From: Escherichia coli
GTDB lineage: Bacteria > Pseudomonadota > Gammaproteobacteria > Enterobacterales > Enterobacteriaceae
Length of the DNA stretch: 64,000 bases
Strand: one strand, 5' to 3'
Assembly: GCF_003334315.1 (NCBI RefSeq)
Contig: NZ_QOWR01000012.1
Made by a program: the position numbers and the translations under genes. The notes under the pieces were generated by a model. It was given only the letters and a program-made list of their open reading frames with translations, was not told the DNA's origin and did not search any database. The number at the start of each line of letters is the position of its first letter. Position 1 is the first letter of the stretch. Below, piece by piece: positions 36,531 through 51,425 of this stretch.

Positions 36531-37043
36531 ATGAGTCAGGTAAGCACTGAATTTATCCCGACCCGTATTGCTATTCTTACGGTTTCTAATCGTCGCGGTG
36601 AAGAAGACGATACCTCCGGTCACTATCTGCGCGATTCGGCGCAAGAAGCGGGCCATCACGTTGTCGATAAAGCCATTGTGAAAGAAAACCGCTACGCTAT
36701 TCGCGCTCAGGTATCTGCGTGGATCGCCAGCGACGATGTACAAGTGGTATTGATTACGGGTGGTACTGGCCTGACGGAAGGTGATCAGGCTCCCGAAGCA
36801 TTGCTGCCGTTGTTCGACCGTGAAGTTGAAGGTTTTGGTGAAGTGTTCCGGATGTTGTCGTTTGAAGAGATTGGCACTTCCACGTTGCAATCTCGTGCGG
36901 TAGCGGGCGTCGCCAACAAAACGCTGATTTTCGCCATGCCGGGTTCGACCAAAGCGTGCCGTACCGCATGGGAAAATATCATCGCGCCGCAGCTGGATGC
37001 CCGTACGCGTCCGTGTAATTTCCATCCACATTTGAAGAAATAA
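36531..37043 (+). CDS. moaB: Molybdopterin adenylyltransferase-like protein
   Basis: 170-aa ORF in the moa operon. Confidence 0.93.
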
Positions 37044-37045
37044 GT

Positions 37046-37531
37046 ATGTCGCAACTGACCCATATCAACGCCGCTGGCGAAGCGCACATGGTGGATGTCT
37101 CCGCCAAAGCGGAAACCGTGCGTGAAGCGCGGGCGGAAGCCTTTGTCACCATGCGCAGCGAGACGCTGGCGATGATTATTGATGGTCGCCACCACAAAGG
37201 CGACGTATTTGCCACTGCGCGTATTGCCGGTATTCAGGCGGCAAAACGCACCTGGGATCTGATCCCGCTCTGTCATCCGCTGATGCTCAGCAAAGTTGAA
37301 GTCAATTTACAGGCCGAGCCGGAGCACAATCGGGTGCGTATAGAAACCTTATGCCGCCTGACCGGGAAAACCGGTGTCGAAATGGAAGCATTAACCGCGG
37401 CCTCCGTGGCGGCGCTGACCATTTATGACATGTGCAAAGCGGTGCAAAAAGATATGGTGATTGGTCCGGTACGTTTGCTGGCGAAGAGCGGCGGCAAGTC
37501 GGGTGACTTTAAGGTGGAAGCGGATGATTAA
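37046..37531 (+). CDS. moaC: Cyclic pyranopterin monophosphate synthase
   Basis: 161-aa ORF in the moa operon. Confidence 0.95.
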
Positions 37532-37769
37532 AGTTCTTTTTTTCGCCCAGGTGCGCGAGTTGGTGGGAACAGATGCAACCGAAGTGGCTGCGGATTTCCC
37601 AACTGTTGAAGCGTTACGCCAGCACATGGCTGCGCAGAGCGATCGCTGGGCGCTGGCGCTGGAAGATGGCAAATTACTGGCTGCCGTCAACCAGACGCTG
37701 GTGAGTTTTGACCATCCGCTGACTGACGGCGACGAAGTAGCTTTCTTCCCGCCGGTAACCGGAGGTTAA
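37524..37769 (+). CDS. moaD: Molybdopterin synthase sulfur-carrier subunit
   Basis: ORF trimmed to [15 protein letters not shown] (81 aa) ending in the GG motif; overlaps the moaC stop. Confidence 0.93.
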
Positions 37770-37770
37770 G

Positions 37771-38223
37771 ATGGCAGAAACCAAAATTGTTGTTGGTCCG
37801 CAGCCGTTCAGCGTAGGAGAAGAGTACCCGTGGCTGGCGGAGCGTGACGAAGACGGTGCGGTAGTCACCTTTACTGGTAAGGTGCGCAACCATAACCTGG
37901 GCGACAGCGTCAACGCATTAACCCTCGAACACTATCCGGGGATGACTGAAAAAGCACTGGCAGAAATTGTTGATGAAGCGCGTAACCGCTGGCCGCTGGG
38001 GCGCGTCACGGTGATTCACCGCATCGGGGAATTATGGCCGGGCGATGAAATCGTTTTTGTCGGTGTCACCAGTGCGCATCGCAGCAGTGCGTTTGAAGCC
38101 GGGCAGTTTATTATGGATTATCTCAAAACCCGCGCACCGTTCTGGAAGCGCGAAGCCACGCCGGAAGGCGACCGCTGGGTTGAAGCCCGGGAGAGCGATC
38201 AGCAGGCGGCAAAACGCTGGTAG
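37771..38223 (+). CDS. moaE: Molybdopterin synthase catalytic subunit
   Basis: 150-aa ORF in the moa operon. Confidence 0.95.
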   Translation: MAETKIVVGPQPFSVGEEYPWLAERDEDGAVVTFTGKVRNHNLGDSVNALTLEHYPGMTEKALAEIVDEARNRWPLGRVTVIHRIGELWPGDEIVFVGVTSAHRSSAFEAGQFIMDYLKTRAPFWKREATPEGDRWVEARESDQQAAKRW

Positions 38224-38232
38224 TTTTTGTTA

Positions 38233-38259
38233 GCCGGATAAGGCACCGCTGCGTCCGGC
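38233..38259. repeat. REP-like palindrome downstream of moaE
   Basis: gccggataaggcaccgctgcgtccggc. Confidence 0.55.
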
Positions 38260-38358
38260 AATTTCACCGCTCAGTACATGCGTTTACGCTGCGTCGATGC
38301 ACAGCCTCATCATTTTGCAGTATCCTTAAGATATTCCTTATATCTTCAGGAGATCGTC

Positions 38359-39063
38359 ATGGACAGATTCCCACGTTCTGATTCAATCGTACAACCCCGG
38401 GCTGGCTTGCAAACTTATATGGCGCAAGTCTATGGCTGGATGACCGTTGGCTTGTTGCTGACCGCATTTGTTGCCTGGTATGCGGCTAATTCCGCGGCCG
38501 TGATGGAGCTGTTGTTCACTAACCGTGTCTTTTTAATCGGTCTGATCATCGCGCAATTAGCATTGGTTATTGTGTTATCAGCGATGATTCAAAAGCTGAG
38601 CGCAGGTGTAACGACGATGCTCTTTATGCTTTATTCGGCGCTGACGGGTCTTACGCTTTCCAGTATATTCATTGTCTATACCGCTGCTTCTATCGCCAGT
38701 ACTTTCGTCGTTACTGCCGGGATGTTCGGCGCAATGAGCCTGTACGGTTACACCACGAAGCGCGATTTAAGTGGCTTTGGCAATATGCTGTTTATGGCGT
38801 TAATCGGCATTGTGCTGGCATCGCTGGTCAACTTCTGGTTGAAAAGCGAAGCATTGATGTGGGCAGTTACCTACATCGGCGTGATTGTCTTTGTCGGATT
38901 GACGGCGTATGACACGCAGAAACTGAAAAATATGGGTGAGCAGATTGATACCCGCGACACGTCGAACCTGCGCAAATATTCCATTCTTGGCGCGTTAACC
39001 TTGTATCTGGACTTCATCAACCTGTTCCTGATGTTGCTGCGAATTTTTGGCAACCGCCGTTAA
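38359..39063 (+). CDS. ybhL: Bax inhibitor-1/YccA-family inner membrane protein
   Basis: ORF trimmed to MDRFPRSDSIVQPR (234 aa); multi-TM. Confidence 0.88.
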   Translation: MDRFPRSDSIVQPRAGLQTYMAQVYGWMTVGLLLTAFVAWYAANSAAVMELLFTNRVFLIGLIIAQLALVIVLSAMIQKLSAGVTTMLFMLYSALTGLTLSSIFIVYTAASIASTFVVTAGMFGAMSLYGYTTKRDLSGFGNMLFMALIGIVLASLVNFWLKSEALMWAVTYIGVIVFVGLTAYDTQKLKNMGEQIDTRDTSNLRKYSILGALTLYLDFINLFLMLLRIFGNRR

Positions 39064-39081
39064 TTCTTTTTCACCATCAAT

Positions 39082-39110
39082 ATCCCGGCCATGTGTCGGG
39101 ATTTTTTTTC
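39082..39110 (+). terminator. Rho-independent terminator of ybhL
   Basis: Stem atcccg/cgggat followed by a T8 run. Confidence 0.8.
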
Positions 39111-39267
39111 TTACTAAAAACGACACTTAACAAGTACCAGGTATAAAATACGCCTTATGGCGAGCGGAAGCGTTTTCCGTATCCATAAATACAAAAGTAT
39201 TTTGTATGCGTGGTTTTAAATTTATTGATGGTGAATATTAATATTTTTTCTAAGGACAACTAAAAGA

Positions 39268-39981
39268 ATGGAATCATACTCGCAAAACAGCAATAAATTA
39301 GATTTTCAGCACGAGGCCAGGATATTAAACGGTATATGGCTCATTACCGCTTTAGGTTTGGTGGCAACCGCAGGACTGGCCTGGGGAGCTAAGTATCTCG
39401 AAATTACGGCAACCAAATATGATTCACCACCAATGTATGTCGCCATAGGGTTATTATTACTTTGTATGTATGGCTTAAGTAAGGATATCAACAAGATAAA
39501 TGCCGCCATCGCAGGCGTAATATATCTGTTTTTACTCTCTTTGGTGGCGATTGTCGTTGCAAGTTTAGTTCCTGTATATGCCATTATCATCGTGTTCAGC
39601 ACTGCGGGCGCGATGTTTTTAATCAGTATGCTGGCCGGTTTATTATTTAATGTTGATCCTGGTTCTCACCGTTTTATCATTATGATGACGTTGACAGGGT
39701 TGGCCCTGGTAATCATCGTGAATGCGGCATTAATGAGTGAACGGCCCATTTGGGTAATAAGTTGCTTAATGATTGTGTTATGGTCAGGCATTATCTCGCA
39801 TGGACGAAATAAGCTCCTTGAATTGGCGGGGAAATGCCATAGTGAAGAGTTGTGGAGTCCGGTTCGTTGCGCTTTTACAGGTGCATTAACACTCTATTAC
39901 TATTTTATCGGCTTCTTTGGGATACTTGCCGCGATAGCTATAACGCTTGTCTGGCAAAGGCATACGCGTTTTTTTCATTAG
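39268..39981 (+). CDS. ybhM: Bax inhibitor-1-family inner membrane protein (paralog of ybhL)
   Basis: 237-aa multi-TM ORF recognised as YbhM. Confidence 0.85.
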   Translation: MESYSQNSNKLDFQHEARILNGIWLITALGLVATAGLAWGAKYLEITATKYDSPPMYVAIGLLLLCMYGLSKDINKINAAIAGVIYLFLLSLVAIVVASLVPVYAIIIVFSTAGAMFLISMLAGLLFNVDPGSHRFIIMMTLTGLALVIIVNAALMSERPIWVISCLMIVLWSGIISHGRNKLLELAGKCHSEELWSPVRCAFTGALTLYYYFIGFFGILAAIAITLVWQRHTRFFH

Positions 39982-40016
39982 CCGTAAATGCACATACTAA
40001 AGAACTTAACTAAACT

Positions 40017-40973
40017 TCACATCGCCGCTTCATTTTTCGCCCGTAGCTTCTTCGCCTGGCTTTCCAGCAACAGGTAACAGATCAGCGCCAGCAGCAGTGG
40101 GATAAAGTAATACAGCACACGGTAAGCGAGTAGGGCGGCGATAATTGTACCTTTGGAGGTATGCTCCCCAGCCAGTAGTGCGATAAACACCGCTTCCAGC
40201 ACACCGATCCCCGCCGGAATATGCACGATGACGCCAGCAATACTACTAACCAGTAACACGCCCAGTACAAAGAAATAGTTCACGCTTTGACCAAGTAACA
40301 GCCAGATAATCGCCCCCATTACCATCCAGTTAACGCTGGAAATCAGCATCTGAGCGAGGGCGAATTTCCATGAAGGCAGCACCAGCTTTTGCCCTTTGAT
40401 GGTCATATGGCGGTGCTTCGCGAAAGCGCAAAACCACAAATAAACCGCGATAATCATCAGTAAGCCAATGCCGAGAATACGCAGCGTAGTTTGATCGACA
40501 TACCAGTGATCCGGCAACTCCACCACGCCTGCGGTAAAGATAATCCCTGCCAGTAAAATGTAGCCCAGCCAGTTGGTGGTAATACTGAGCGAGAAAATCC
40601 GCGTAATAGTGCTACCGGGCAACCCCAGACGAGAGTACAAACGATAGCGCATACCAATGCCGCCGACCCAGGTACTGAGCGTCAGGTTGAAGGCGTAGCA
40701 GATAAACGACACCAGCATCACCTGGCGCTTCGCCAGTTTGTGACCGCAGTAAAAGCGGGCGAGCAGGTCATAGCAGCCGTAAATCAGATAGCTGACGACC
40801 ACCAGCCCGACCGCACTAAGCAGCGCAACGCGATTGTAGTCGCGGATGACCTTCCAGACCTCTTCCCAGTCCACTTTTTTGGCGTAGACCACCAGCAACA
40901 CAATCACCGCGATAAAAAACAGCCAGGTGAGGATCTTCTTTGCTAAGCGCCAGCGCGGGTGTGATTTACTCAT
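40017..40973 (-). CDS. ybhN: Inner membrane protein, lysylphosphatidylglycerol-synthase TM-domain-like family
   Basis: 318-aa multi-TM ORF; start overlaps the clsB stop. Confidence 0.85.
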   Translation of the reverse strand: MSKSHPRWRLAKKILTWLFFIAVIVLLVVYAKKVDWEEVWKVIRDYNRVALLSAVGLVVVSYLIYGCYDLLARFYCGHKLAKRQVMLVSFICYAFNLTLSTWVGGIGMRYRLYSRLGLPGSTITRIFSLSITTNWLGYILLAGIIFTAGVVELPDHWYVDQTTLRILGIGLLMIIAVYLWFCAFAKHRHMTIKGQKLVLPSWKFALAQMLISSVNWMVMGAIIWLLLGQSVNYFFVLGVLLVSSIAGVIVHIPAGIGVLEAVFIALLAGEHTSKGTIIAALLAYRVLYYFIPLLLALICYLLLESQAKKLRAKNEAAM

Positions 40974-42214
40974 CAGGGTTTTACCCCCGTGTTTTCAGTT
41001 TCTACCCGATCCTGCGTTTCCATTGTCGGTTGTGCGGGCGGATCAACCTGCGCCAGACGTGGCGTGTGTGCCGGAAGCCAGCCAACCAGCGCCGGGAAGT
41101 GGCGTAAAAAGTGGAACGCCAGCACGCTTTTGGTCAGGTTCCACCAGGTGCGTTTGGGCAGCATGGTTTCATCCACCTGCTGACAATCTGCGGCGATAAT
41201 GCCGTTCAGATTATCGCGCAGCGTCTGGTTAAAATTACGATCGTGGATGATGACATTTGCTTCGAGATTCAGTGACAAACTGAGCGGATCGAGATTACTG
41301 GACCCTACTGTCGCCCAGTGATCGTCCATCAATGCTACTTTGCCGTGGAGCGGGCGGCGGCGGTACTCAAACACCTGAACGCCGCCTTTAACCAGATAGT
41401 TATACAGCAAGCGCGCGCCGACTCTGACAATCGGCATATCCGGTTCGCCCTGAATGATCAGTTTGATCCGCACCCCGCGGCGTGCCGCTTTACGCAAGGC
41501 GTGTAAAAATCGATAGCCGGGGAAGAAGTAGGCGTTGGCGATAATGACTTCCCGCCGCGCCTGAGTGAGCATTTTCAGATAGTGGCGTTCTATATCATCG
41601 CGGTGTTCTTCGTTATCGCGCCAGACCAGCAATACCTGCGCTTCTCCCGGCTGGCGATTTTCTTCCGCTTTGTGATGACGTCGCCACCAGCGTCGTGCCG
41701 CGCTCTGTCCAGGCAGGTTTTCCAGCTCAAACTGGAGAATATCTTCGACAATCGGCCCTTCAAGGCGTACCGCGTAATCCTGTTTAGCCTCTGGACCGTA
41801 GCTGGACATATGCTCGGCGGAGTAATTCAGCCCGCCAATAAAGGCGATACGCGCGTCGATCACCACAATTTTGCGATGCATCCGGCGAAACACATTGGTG
41901 CGCATACCAAAAAGGCGAGGGCGGGGATCGTAGTAGCGAAATACCACGCCAGCTGCCGTCAGTTCATTGACAAACTCATCGCTGAGATCCGGCGAACCGT
42001 AGCCATCCAGCAAGACTTCCGCTTTAACCCCGCGTTGCGCTGCTGCCAGTAGTGCCGCATGCAGCTGTTTGCCGACGTCATCCTCAAACCAGATAAACGT
42101 TTCAAGAATGATGCGTTCTTGTGCCTCGCCAATCGCCTTAAACACCGCGGGATAATATTGCTCGCCGTTTTCCAGCAACTCGATCTTATTGCCTTCACGC
42201 CAGCTACATTTCAT
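40973..42214 (-). CDS. clsB: Cardiolipin synthase B (phospholipase D family)
   Basis: 413-aa ORF with two HKD motifs ([16 protein letters not shown]). Confidence 0.92.
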   Translation of the reverse strand: MKCSWREGNKIELLENGEQYYPAVFKAIGEAQERIILETFIWFEDDVGKQLHAALLAAAQRGVKAEVLLDGYGSPDLSDEFVNELTAAGVVFRYYDPRPRLFGMRTNVFRRMHRKIVVIDARIAFIGGLNYSAEHMSSYGPEAKQDYAVRLEGPIVEDILQFELENLPGQSAARRWWRRHHKAEENRQPGEAQVLLVWRDNEEHRDDIERHYLKMLTQARREVIIANAYFFPGYRFLHALRKAARRGVRIKLIIQGEPDMPIVRVGARLLYNYLVKGGVQVFEYRRRPLHGKVALMDDHWATVGSSNLDPLSLSLNLEANVIIHDRNFNQTLRDNLNGIIAADCQQVDETMLPKRTWWNLTKSVLAFHFLRHFPALVGWLPAHTPRLAQVDPPAQPTMETQDRVETENTGVKP

Positions 42215-42972
42215 AAATGAATCTCCGCACTTAAAGGGGCATGATCAGAAAGGTGTCGCCATGTCTGCAGCGGCAACGCGGTTGGCGCGCTGGCGCTGGC
42301 ATTTTTGACGTAGATCCTGTCCAGACGTAGTAGAGGAAATTGCACCGGAAACGTGCGCGCCGGGCGTCCGTGGGCGCGGGTAAATATCTCATCCAGTCCG
42401 GCCTGCACTTTTAACGGATGATTAGCTTTTTGCCGCCAGTCATTGAAATCACCCGCCACCAATACCGGTTCGCCGTCCGGTAGCTCATTCACCCATTCGG
42501 CGAGCATCGCAAGCTGCGCCTGACGGTGCGCCTCACGCAGGCCCAGATGTACGCACATCACATGAATCGCTTTTCCGGTCATCGGCGGCACAATGCGGCA
42601 GTAGAGCACGCCGCGCTTTTCCGCACCATCGACCGAAACATCGCGATTCTCATAATGTTCAATGGGATAACGCGACAGTACGGCGTTGCCGTGATGCCCT
42701 TCCGGGTATACGGCATTGCGACCGTAGGCAAAATCGCTCCACATGGTGTCGGCGAGAAACTCGTAGTGCGAGGTATCGGGCCAGTTTTCCACATGCAGCG
42801 GATGAACTTCGTGCGCGCCCATCACTTCCTGCAGGCAAACAATATCGGCGCTGACGGTACGCACGGCATCGCGAAGTTCCGGCAAAATGAAGCGTCGGTT
42901 AAACGCGGTAAAGCCTTTGTGAATGTTGATGGTGAGCACCTTGAACGAAAATTGTTGTGTTTGATCGGGCAT
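42211..42972 (-). CDS. ybhP: Endonuclease/exonuclease/phosphatase-family protein
   Basis: 253-aa ORF; stop overlaps the clsB start by 4 nt. Confidence 0.85.
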   Translation of the reverse strand: MPDQTQQFSFKVLTINIHKGFTAFNRRFILPELRDAVRTVSADIVCLQEVMGAHEVHPLHVENWPDTSHYEFLADTMWSDFAYGRNAVYPEGHHGNAVLSRYPIEHYENRDVSVDGAEKRGVLYCRIVPPMTGKAIHVMCVHLGLREAHRQAQLAMLAEWVNELPDGEPVLVAGDFNDWRQKANHPLKVQAGLDEIFTRAHGRPARTFPVQFPLLRLDRIYVKNASASAPTALPLQTWRHLSDHAPLSAEIHL

Positions 42973-43104
42973 AATTTTCCTGTCTTTGCCTCTTATCTCA
43001 TTGAAATAGTGTAGTCGGCGTCACAAAAAGGTGCGGTCTTACGGAATTTTCCGTAAAGTTCGGTACTCTGAGTAAGTAGAGATAAATTCTTCAGGAGAGA
43101 AGCC

Positions 43105-43515
43105 ATGAAGTGGCAACAACGTGTTCGTGTCGCAACGGGTCTAAGTTGCTGGCAGATTATGTTGCATTTACTGGTAGTGGCGCTGCTGGTGGTGGGCTGG
43201 ATGAGTAAGACTCTGGTTCACGTCGGCGTGGGATTATGCGCACTGTATTGTGTCACGGTAGTGATGATGCTGGTGTTTCAGCGCCACCCCGAGCAACGCT
43301 GGCGTGAGGTGGCAGACGTGCTGGAAGAGCTGACCACGACCTGGTATTTTGGCGCAGCGCTGATTGTGCTGTGGCTGTTGTCCCGCGTTCTGGAAAACAA
43401 CTTTTTGCTGGCAATTGCAGGGCTGGCAATCCTTGCCGGCCCGGCGGTAGTGTCTTTGCTGGCGAAAGATAAGAAGTTACATCACCTTACGTCTAAACAT
43501 CGCGTACGCCGCTGA
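43105..43515 (+). CDS. ybhQ: Inner membrane protein YbhQ
   Basis: 136-aa hydrophobic ORF; 3' end overlaps the convergent ybhR. Confidence 0.82.
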
Positions 43516-44583
43516 CCCTGTCGTGGCCGTTATCACCAGTAGCGGCCACAAACTATTCCACACAATATCCAGACTCGCATCCTTCAAATAAATCTGCTTG
43601 GTAATGTCCGTAAAGTGGCGAATAGGGTTAATCCACGTCAGGTTTTGCAGCCAAACTGGCATGTTTTCCACCGGCGAAACGTAACCGGAAAGGAGAATGG
43701 CGGGCATCATAAAGACAAACACGCCGATAAACGCCTGCTGTTGTGTCGAGCAGAGTGATGAAATCAACAGACCGAATCCCACCAGCGATAAACCGTAAAT
43801 CACCATCGTAAAGTAGAACAGCGCCAGCGATCCGGCGAAGGGGATTTGATACGCCCAGATACCAATCGCCAGCACAATGGTGGCCTGGAAGGTGGCGACA
43901 ATTAACGCCGGTACGGCTTTGCCGATGAAGATCTGCCAGGTGGTGAGCGGCGAAACCAGTAGCTGATCGAGCGTACCTTGTTCACGTTCGCGGGCGACGG
44001 AAAGTGAAGTGACGATCATTACGCCGATAGTGGTGATCATGGCGATCAGCGACGGCACCACAAACCATTTGTAGTCGAGATTCGGGTTATACCAGTTGCG
44101 TACTACCAGCTCGCTGTTGTTAGGTTTCGGTTTTCCTTCCAGCAGCTCCTGCTGATAATTTTTGACGATCTGTTGCAGGTAGTTGGCGGCAATCTGCGCA
44201 CTGTTGGAGTTACGCCCGTCGAGGATCAACTGCAAAGGCGCGGTCTGGAAGGTATCCAGTTTGCGCGAGAAGTCAGCCGGGAAACGCACCAGTAGTAACG
44301 CCTTTTGTGTGTCGATGGTTGGGCGGATCTCCTGTGGGCTTTTCAGCAGCAGCACATGAGTAAAGGCGCTGGCGCGGGCAAAACGTTGGGTCAGCTCCAC
44401 CGAATGCTCGCCGTTATCTTCATCGTAGATGGCGATGGTGGCGTTAGTCACTTCCAGCGTGGCGGCGAACGGGAACAGGATCACCTGAATTAGCACGGGT
44501 AAAATCAGAATCGCGCGGGTTTGTGGTTCGCGCAGCAACGACTGCAACTCTTTGCGGATTAACGTCCATAAGCGATGAAACAT
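43477..44583 (-). CDS. ybhR: ABC-2 type exporter permease
   Basis: 368-aa membrane ORF; last gene of cecR-ybhG-ybhF-ybhS-ybhR. Confidence 0.9.
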
Positions 44584-44593
44584 GCTCTTCTCC

Positions 44594-45719
44594 CTAATCC
44601 AGCCGACGTTTGGTTTTCAGCCACGTCAGGCCGATAAACATCACCGCCGAAGCGATCAAAAACAGCACGTTTACCACCAGCACCACTGGAATATTCCCGG
44701 CGAGGAACAGGCTTTGCAGGGTGCTGACGAAATAACGAGCGGGAATAATGTACGTCACCGCGCGGATCACCGCGGGCATACTGTCGATCTGAAAAATAAA
44801 GCCGGAAAGCATAATCGACGGCAGAAAAGCCGCGTTCAGAGCGACCTGAGCGGCATTGAACTGGTTGCGGGTTATCGTGGAAATCAGCAGCCCCATCCCC
44901 AGGGTACTGAGTAAAAACAGGCTGGAGATAAAAAACAGAATCAGCAGCGACCCGCGATACGGCACGCCGAGAATAAACACTGACACCAGCATACACAGCA
45001 ACATCGCCAGCATCCCGAGAAAGTAATAAGGGATCAGCTTACACAGCAGCAGTTCCGTGCGGGTAATCTCCGTAGAGAGCAGAGCCTCCATGGTGCCGCG
45101 TTCCCATTCTCGCGCCACCACCAGCGAGGTGAGAATCGCGCCGATGACCGTCATGATGATGGTCACCGCACCCGGGATAATAAAGTGCTGGCTTATCGCC
45201 GCCGGGTTAAACCAGTAGCGGGTTTGTACATCAATAAGCGGTTCAAAAGTCTGCCCGTTGTCCTCCGCTCGCTGCATTTGCCAGATCTGCCAGATCCCTT
45301 CGACATACCCCTGCACAAAGTTAGCGGTATTCGGCTCACTGCCGTCGGTGATCACCTGAATCGGTGCGGTGGCGTTGGCGCGCTCCATCTGTTCCGCAAA
45401 ATCCACCGGAATAACCACCAGACCGCGAATTTTCCCCGCCTGCATTTTGGCGATCAGTTCCTGACGGTTATCGCTGATGGTGGCGTCGATGTAGGGCGAA
45501 CCGGTCATGGTGTGGGTGAAATCCAGCGCCGCTTCGCTACGCTGTTCCAGTAAAATCCCGACCCGCAGCTTGCTGGAGTCGAGGTTAATGCCGTAACCAA
45601 AAATAAACAGCAGTAGCAGCGGGATCACTACCGCAATCAGCCAGCTACTCGGATCGCGAACGATCTGCCGCGTCTCTTTAACGCACAGCGCCCGTACGCG
45701 ACGCCAGGACAGGATCGGG

Positions 45720-45727
<8 letters not shown>
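44594..45727 (-). CDS. ybhS: ABC-2 type exporter permease
   Basis: 377-aa membrane ORF. Confidence 0.9.
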
Positions 45728-49118
<3,391 letters not shown>

Positions 49119-49131
49119 CGCACAGTCCATT

Positions 49132-49153
49132 CTTAATCAAATGATTGATTAAG
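49132..49153. promoter_or_regulatory. Candidate CecR operator: 9-4-9 perfect palindrome (cttaatcaa atga ttgattaag)
   Basis: Perfect dyad 14 bp upstream of the cecR start in the cecR/rhlE divergent region. Confidence 0.45.
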
Positions 49154-49346
49154 ATTATGACTCCATAGGGGAGTTGTCCAGTATGGCTAAGAATTTTAGC
49201 AACGCCAGTCACAGGGATAATTTATGCGCTGCGTCACAAAAACTGCTACACTCCGCTCCCTCATGACATTGTGGTTTTTGTCATTTTCCTTTTCAGTATC
49301 TCCCTGAAAACTACACCGGTAACGGTCGGGGCGGTTCGGAGTAGTT

Positions 49347-50711
49347 ATGTCTTTCGATTCTTTGGGTTTAAGCCCTGATATCCTGCGCGCCGTTGCCGAG
49401 CAGGGTTACCGTGAACCCACCCCTATTCAGCAGCAGGCGATCCCTGCGGTGCTGGAAGGCCGCGACCTGATGGCTAGCGCCCAGACCGGCACCGGCAAAA
49501 CAGCGGGCTTTACGCTGCCGCTGTTGCAACACCTGATCACTCGCCAGCCGCACGCCAAAGGGCGTCGTCCGGTACGTGCGCTCATTCTTACCCCGACCCG
49601 TGAACTGGCGGCGCAGATTGGCGAAAACGTCCGTGATTACAGCAAATACCTGAACATTCGTTCGCTGGTGGTGTTTGGTGGTGTGAGTATTAACCCGCAG
49701 ATGATGAAACTGCGTGGCGGCGTTGATGTGCTGGTGGCAACCCCGGGACGTTTGCTGGACCTGGAACATCAGAATGCAGTGAAGCTGGATCAGGTTGAAA
49801 TCCTCGTCCTCGATGAAGCTGACCGCATGCTCGACATGGGCTTTATCCACGATATCCGTCGCGTGTTAACAAAACTACCTGCGAAGCGCCAGAACCTGTT
49901 ATTCTCCGCGACCTTCTCTGACGATATTAAAGCCCTGGCGGAAAAACTGTTGCACAACCCGCTGGAAATCGAAGTGGCACGCCGCAATACCGCGTCTGAT
50001 CAGGTGACCCAGCACGTTCACTTTGTCGATAAGAAACGCAAACGCGAATTGCTGTCGCACATGATTGGGAAAGGGAACTGGCAGCAGGTGCTGGTGTTTA
50101 CCCGTACCAAACACGGCGCTAACCATCTGGCTGAACAGCTCAATAAAGATGGCATCCGTAGTGCGGCGATCCACGGCAATAAATCGCAAGGTGCGCGTAC
50201 TCGTGCGCTGGCTGATTTTAAATCGGGCGATATTCGTGTACTGGTGGCAACTGACATCGCTGCGCGCGGCCTGGATATTGAAGAGCTGCCGCACGTCGTC
50301 AACTATGAACTGCCAAACGTACCGGAAGATTATGTCCACCGTATCGGGCGTACCGGTCGCGCGGCTGCTACCGGTGAAGCGTTGTCGCTGGTGTGTGTTG
50401 ATGAACACAAACTGCTGCGTGATATCGAAAAACTGCTGAAAAAAGAGATCCCGCGCATTGCGATTCCGGGCTATGAGCCGGACCCGTCAATCAAAGCCGA
50501 ACCGATCCAGAACGGTCGCCAGCAACGTGGCGGCGGCGGTCGTGGGCAAGGTGGTGGTCGCGGTCAACAGCAACCACGCCGTGGGGAAGGTGGCGCAAAA
50601 TCTGCAAGCGCGAAACCTGCAGAAAAACCGTCTCGCCGCCTCGGCGATGCCAAACCGGCAGGCGAACAACAACGTCGCCGCCGTCCGCGTAAACCTGCCG
50701 CTGCGCAGTAA
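49347..50711 (+). CDS. rhlE: ATP-dependent DEAD-box RNA helicase
   Basis: 454-aa ORF with Walker A (AQTGTGKT), DEAD box, SAT and HRIGRTGR motifs; Arg/Gly-rich C-terminal tail. Confidence 0.95.
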
Positions 50712-50762
50712 TCTTTTATGCCGGGCTATGCCCGGCATCAGGCTGATGAACAAACGCAAAAC

Positions 50763-50861
<99 letters not shown>

Positions 50862-50942
50862 ATTTCACAACAAGCACTTGTCAGCAATTTGAGAACACGG
50901 GAAAAAATTTATCTGTTTTACCGCCCATAAGCCACCGAGACG

Positions 50943-51425
50943 TTACTTCTCTATAGCCAATTGTTCGCGCAACTCCATTAAAAGGTAGCCCAGTCGATTC
51001 TTGCCCTTACCATTACCACCGTCTCCCCAGTAAGCATCGTTTTCCGTATGCTCAACCAGTTTTGCGGGCGCGGTTGCCTGCAAGAGCGCACGCAGTTCTG
51101 CATGCTGTTCGAATTTAGCGCGAAGTGCTTTTCGCATCACCTGTTCTTTGACCGACTCCCAGTTTTTACGCAGAGGCTTAGAACGATCGCGCCCCATGCG
51201 TGCGGCGACCATAGGGGAAGAAACCCGACGGATCTCTTCGCGGTATTTTTCATCAAGGAATTTTTGTGCCTGAAAATAGTGTTCTGAGGTGGGCCAGGTT
51301 TTCCCGTCAACCTTGATGGGCCAGGCGGCAAAGTTAGAAAAATCACCGTAGTCATCGCTGGTGCTGTAGAAATTTATGATGGTGTCTTGCATGACGTGTT
51401 GGATCCTTTGTGCTCGAACGGGCAT
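50943..51425 (-). CDS. ybiA: N-glycosidase YbiA (DUF1768 family)
   Basis: 160-aa ORF recognised as YbiA; divergent from dinG. Confidence 0.88.
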   Translation of the reverse strand: MPVRAQRIQHVMQDTIINFYSTSDDYGDFSNFAAWPIKVDGKTWPTSEHYFQAQKFLDEKYREEIRRVSSPMVAARMGRDRSKPLRKNWESVKEQVMRKALRAKFEQHAELRALLQATAPAKLVEHTENDAYWGDGGNGKGKNRLGYLLMELREQLAIEK

